Below the pieces are notes generated by a model. It was not told the origin of the DNA, made no database searches, and saw only the letters and a program-made list of their open reading frames with translations. From contig JARVGK010000009.1 in the NCBI GenBank assembly GCA_029762535.1, forward strand, positions 32,001 to 96,000: DNA of 64,000 bases, written 5' to 3'. Shown here in pieces: positions 59,895 to 64,000 of this stretch. Position 1 is the stretch's first letter. Each line of letters begins with the position of its first letter. Made by a program: the position numbers and the translations under genes. Source of the DNA: Thermoplasmatota archaeon (GTDB lineage Archaea > Thermoplasmatota > Penumbrarchaeia > Penumbrarchaeales > Penumbrarchaeaceae).

Positions 59895-60155
59895 TCATTC
59901 CCTGAAGACCTTTCTCCCCACGGGCCTCCGAATGACAGCGGCCCTACCCCTCGAGAAGACAAGGTCCGCCTTCAGATCCGCGGAGATCCTCTCCATATTG
60001 TTCCTGAAATCCCCCGCTTCGGGAGCTGATCTAAGCATCTTCAGCTTCACGACCCCCTTCTTCTGAAGCTGATCGTCGATCTCTTTCAGGATCCCATCGG
60101 TGATCCCGCCCTTGCCCACCTGTATCGTCAACGGCACATCGTCGTATTCACCCAT
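59895..60155 (-). CDS. yhbY: YhbY/CRM-domain RNA-binding protein
   Basis: IQVGKGGIT..EI..QL....VVKLKML. Confidence 0.87.
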   Translation of the reverse strand: MGEYDDVPLTIQVGKGGITDGILKEIDDQLQKKGVVKLKMLRSAPEAGDFRNNMERISADLKADLVFSRGRAAVIRRPVGRKVFRE

Positions 60156-60480
60156 CCTCTCGCCTCCTGTGAGGGATCCTCCTGCTGTGCCCGCATTCGA
60201 GGCATGTAATGGTCAGGGTTCCGGGCCTCAACCTTACCCTGGAGGTCCTTCCCGGCATAAGGGGCAGCAGGCAGTTTTGGCATGTCATCCGTTTCAGATA
60301 AGTCGGGACCCTAACGGTGTACCTCATCCCGATCTTTTTGGCGAGAGAGGTGTACCTCCTCGCGAGATCGAGATCCCCGCAGCGGGCCATATCGAAGGAC
60401 ATCGTATAAAGCCTGGCTATCCTGTCCTTTGCCACTGCGAGATGCAGCTGGTTCTTCTTCCCCCTGCCGGTCCTGCGCAT
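60148..60480 (-). CDS. rnp4: RNase P protein component 4 (Rpp21)
   Basis: AKDRIARL, LARRY, CQNC...CLECG; adjacent to yhbY. Confidence 0.9.
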   Translation of the reverse strand: MRRTGRGKKNQLHLAVAKDRIARLYTMSFDMARCGDLDLARRYTSLAKKIGMRYTVRVPTYLKRMTCQNCLLPLMPGRTSRVRLRPGTLTITCLECGHSRRIPHRRREDG

Positions 60481-60517
60481 GATGCGGCCTAGCATGTCGA
60501 GGTATTTAAAATATCGA

Positions 60518-63500
60518 CTATTCCTCGGAAGGCGCCCCTTGGGCCGGTACCGAGAGCTCCATGATGTTGCTGGATGCGCCCCTCTGCAGGCTCTCGTATT
60601 CCGAGGTCCCCACGGACTTGGCCGATCCGGAAGCGACGACCCCTGTCGGGTCATAGCTCAGATCTATTGGGGCATCCTCCTCCTCCCTCGGCTCGACCTT
60701 CAGGGCGAATACGCTGTCCCTCTTCCTTTTGATAAGGAATAGTACGATAGCTATCACCACGATCAGGATAATGACCGCGACAACTATTATCCACCATGGG
60801 AAGCCCTTCTCGCCTCCGTTGGGCCTCTCCCCGTTCACCTCCGATCTCTCGACAGTGAGGGTCATCTGGACTATGTTCCATCTGCCGAAATCGTCGGTCA
60901 CGTTGAACCTCAGGACCTTCTCGCCGGGCAAGGTGGTCGAAGCGTTGATCTCGAGCGTTATCTCTGTCTCCTCATCGGCCCCTATCAAGAATGAATCGGC
61001 TCCGGAGATCCTGAGGCCTTGCAGGTTGCCGTTGCCGAAGGTAAGATTGACGGCCACAGGCAGCGTGCTCTTCACAACGAAGGATGCCATGAAGGTCTCG
61101 TTCTGCTTTACCTTGATACCGGTGGGAGCGGTGATCTGAGGGAAGGAGGGGTCGAACATGAATGTCCTGGTCGATGAGGCCGTATCGATGCCTCTAGCGC
61201 TCGCCGTAACCTTCCATGTGTACGCGCCCGGATACGAGGGCGAATACGTGAACGATGTGGAATCGCCCGTGTCGATGACCCTCGTCCCGTTCAACGGATC
61301 GACGATCGTCAACGTATAGGTCAGCTCCGAGGCGTTTATGAAGTTGCCCCTCCAACTCATATCCATTTGGCCTTGGACCATGACATTCTCAGCTGGCGAT
61401 AAGAGCTCGATCGAAGGAACGCCCAAAGAAGAATCCCTGAAGATCGATAGCACCATCGACTCCTCGACCCCGTAACGGGCAACGTCGTTCGCCCTGAACT
61501 GAACGAGGTTCTTCACGCCGTCATGGAGCTCGAGGTCCATCGCTATAGTGTACGTCCCTTGCTCCTCCGAGATCCCTTCATTGAGCTTCTGCCAATCCGA
61601 GAACTGCCTGTCCGCTCCCGTCCTACGGTATTCTATCGAGGCGGGGTTGACACCGCTCAGATCATCGTGAACCTTTATGCTGATAGGGTGTATCGCCTCC
61701 CATACGGTGATCTCATCTGACGGGGAGGGATCGAAGAACCGAGGCTTGTGCATATCGATAATTATCGACACCTCAACATATGGTCCGACCCTGTCCGCAT
61801 TATCGACGGACCAGACGTAGAACGTGTGGTTTCCCTCCGAAAGGCGCATCTTCTTGAACTCGGTCGTCAGGTTCACCGTTCGGGGCCAGAGATTGTCGTT
61901 CTGCGAATAGCATATGCCTTTCATCCCCGCACCACCGTCGAAGACGCTGTCCCAAGCGAGGAATACCTCCTGATCGTTATCGATCCCCCTGATGGGATCG
62001 TCGAAGGAATCCGCCCTGAAGGAAACGTTGACCGGAGGCAAGGGGGGGTCCACATCTAACATGAACCCGAAGATCTGAGAGCTCACCATCGTTCCGAACT
62101 GGTCGGTCACGTTGACATGGTAGTAGGACATCTCACCGTCCTCTCCCGCGATCGGAACGGACATGTTCGCTTCCACATCCGGATCGTAGTCCCATACGCT
62201 CTCCACCCCCTCCTGGTTGGCGAAGGTGACCGTGAAGGCACCGCTCGCGGGCTGGACGTTCGAGTCCGCCAGGAAGCTCAACTGGAAGCCGCTCAGCCAC
62301 AGGTCCGTCCTTCCGAACAGCCACTGCCCGGGCTCGATCAGCGGCTGGAGCTCCGTTCCGAAGGATATCCTGCTCACGGTTATCTTCGAGTTCATCGTGA
62401 AGGAGTTGACGGCCTGCCTCTGCTCTGTGTAGGCCCTGTTGGTCATCGGCAGGAACGTCATTGTCACCGTCACTCCCTCGGGGGCATCGAATGTGAACTC
62501 GATGGGGATCTCGAGCGACCATCTTCCCTTGCCATAGGTGTATAGAACCGGCTCCTTGTCTAAAATGGCCCAGCTGGTGTTGCCCCCAACTATCAAAGGA
62601 TCCCCTTTCATCCATGTGATATTGAGAACATCATCAGGGGTCACGAAGGCTATCTCCATGCCGAGTAGGTCATCGATATGGAGGTCCGAATACCCGGAGA
62701 AGTTGAGAACGTAGTCCTTGTAGGTGGGGAATACTTCGACTATGCGCTGGCCTTCGGGTCCGACGATGGCCCCCTGTTCGCATATCGTCCTGAGCACGGG
62801 GGCATAGGACCAGACCTCGGTCTGATCGGAGGGCCCTTTCCAGATGTACATCATCTTCGTTGCCGGGTCGTAGGCCTGTCCATGGGATTCCCAGTTGGTA
62901 GGAAAGATGTTATCGGTGAGGTGCAGCCACTCCTTCCAACCCGGCCTGTAGATGTAAACGTTCGCATATTCCTGAACGTTCCCACCGAATACGATGACCT
63001 CGTCCGTGTCGATGTTCACGCACATCCCGTGATCGTACCGGGTGGAAGGCGGGTTCTGGGCCCCTGACATCTGCTCCCATCTCCTCAGCCCCGTGTGGAA
63101 GAACCAGAGATCGTTGTATACGTTGGAGCTGTTGTCCCTCCCTCCGAACATGTAGAACCCTTTTAGATCGGGGTTCATGGAGAGCTGGGAATTATAGCGG
63201 GGATATGGCCTTGTTGGAGGATTCAGCTTGGTCCATATCCTGTTCGTCGCGTTGAAGACGGCTATACCATCGGATTGCCCTGAGGGGCTGTGGCCTCCGA
63301 AGAGGTATATCTGCCTGTGTTCTGAGGAATGGTCAACGACCATATTGGCCCTTCCCAATGGCCCGGGCAGGGCATGCTCGTGGACAAGCGACCACTCCCC
63401 GGACTTCAGGTCCAGCATCCACATCGAATCGTAGAAGTAGTAATGGGTCTCCGCTCCCGGCCCCGAACCCACTCTGTAAGACGAGTACCCGCCGTATAGG

Positions 63501-64000
63501 TAGAACGCGTCATCGACATGATCGTAAGCATGGGCCATGCCGGACATGTGAACTGGGAGGTCTTGATAGGAGAGAGGGATGACGTGCCATAGTCCGTCGG
63601 AGAGCGAGTAGTACGTCGCCATCCAGCTCTGGTAGTTCGGACCGTCTCCGATATATTCTGAGCGGTATGTGATCGTGAGGAGCTTGCCTCCATCGTCGGG
63701 ATCGAACGCCGTATAGCTGGTCCCTCCGGAGTTGTACGTCGAAGGGGGGATCCCCCTGACGGCGAGGGACGAGATGTCGATCCTCCAGACGTCCCTCTCG
63801 TTCCTGGACCCTCCGAATATCATTATCTCGCCTCCGGATACGGTCCAGGCCCTGACCGCCCGGGGCCTTATCATGGGATCGAGATAGACCCTCTCGACGG
63901 ACCCGTTCTCGGGATCGATGAGATACGTATGGTTCAGGTACTCGTACCACCCCTGGTATCCGCTGTGATAGTTGTAGCCCATTGCCACCACCAGCTTGTT
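60518..64000 (-). CDS. Kelch-repeat plus Ig-like surface protein (5' end outside the window)
   Basis: Repeated FGG/YGG...W Kelch blades; C-terminal FPWW-TM-KRKR. Confidence 0.85.
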   Translation of the reverse strand, partial: NKLVVAMGYNYHSGYQGWYEYLNHTYLIDPENGSVERVYLDPMIRPRAVRAWTVSGGEIMIFGGSRNERDVWRIDISSLAVRGIPPSTYNSGGTSYTAFDPDDGGKLLTITYRSEYIGDGPNYQSWMATYYSLSDGLWHVIPLSYQDLPVHMSGMAHAYDHVDDAFYLYGGYSSYRVGSGPGAETHYYFYDSMWMLDLKSGEWSLVHEHALPGPLGRANMVVDHSSEHRQIYLFGGHSPSGQSDGIAVFNATNRIWTKLNPPTRPYPRYNSQLSMNPDLKGFYMFGGRDNSSNVYNDLWFFHTGLRRWEQMSGAQNPPSTRYDHGMCVNIDTDEVIVFGGNVQEYANVYIYRPGWKEWLHLTDNIFPTNWESHGQAYDPATKMMYIWKGPSDQTEVWSYAPVLRTICEQGAIVGPEGQRIVEVFPTYKDYVLNFSGYSDLHIDDLLGMEIAFVTPDDVLNITWMKGDPLIVGGNTSWAILDKEPVLYTYGKGRWSLEIPIEFTFDAPEGVTVTMTFLPMTNRAYTEQRQAVNSFTMNSKITVSRISFGTELQPLIEPGQWLFGRTDLWLSGFQLSFLADSNVQPASGAFTVTFANQEGVESVWDYDPDVEANMSVPIAGEDGEMSYYHVNVTDQFGTMVSSQIFGFMLDVDPPLPPVNVSFRADSFDDPIRGIDNDQEVFLAWDSVFDGGAGMKGICYSQNDNLWPRTVNLTTEFKKMRLSEGNHTFYVWSVDNADRVGPYVEVSIIIDMHKPRFFDPSPSDEITVWEAIHPISIKVHDDLSGVNPASIEYRRTGADRQFSDWQKLNEGISEEQGTYTIAMDLELHDGVKNLVQFRANDVARYGVEESMVLSIFRDSSLGVPSIELLSPAENVMVQGQMDMSWRGNFINASELTYTLTIVDPLNGTRVIDTGDSTSFTYSPSYPGAYTWKVTASARGIDTASSTRTFMFDPSFPQITAPTGIKVKQNETFMASFVVKSTLPVAVNLTFGNGNLQGLRISGADSFLIGADEETEITLEINASTTLPGEKVLRFNVTDDFGRWNIVQMTLTVERSEVNGERPNGGEKGFPWWIIVVAVIILIVVIAIVLFLIKRKRDSVFALKVEPREEEDAPIDLSYDPTGVVASGSAKSVGTSEYESLQRGASSNIMELSVPAQGAPSEE

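Overview
Archaeal genomic DNA: it encodes TFB, a thermosome subunit, GatD, Dph6 and RNase P protein Rpp21. Gene content and the many giant membrane-anchored surface proteins suggest an uncultured Thermoplasmatota lineage (inference). Layout: (1) 1-15 kb: msrA, ygiQ, a divergent tfb, an HPPD-like dioxygenase, an EF-hand surface protein/wHTH module, and a class II photolyase coupled to a five-gene carotenoid cluster. (2) 15-34.5 kb: an accessory island anchored at the 3' end of an M48 peptidase gene, where three toxin-antitoxin modules and two paralogous SBBP/FN3 surface proteins are separated by four copies of a direct-repeat core, followed by a very AT-rich LamG/clan CD peptidase gene. (3) 34.7-38.9 kb: housekeeping genes plus Fic. 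(4) 39-43.5 kb: an unexplained module with a wHTH-TPR regulator, two tandem catalytically dead caspase-fold proteins, an ATP-cone protein, two small ORFs, four similar promoters and a duplicated structured RNA leader. (5) 43.7-64 kb: thermosome, MgtE-type transporter, gatD, large surface proteins, yhbY and rnp4. The palindrome GGGATCCC is strongly over-represented. No rRNA, tRNA, CRISPR array, integrase or transposase was recognised. All family assignments come from motif recognition by eye, not database searches.
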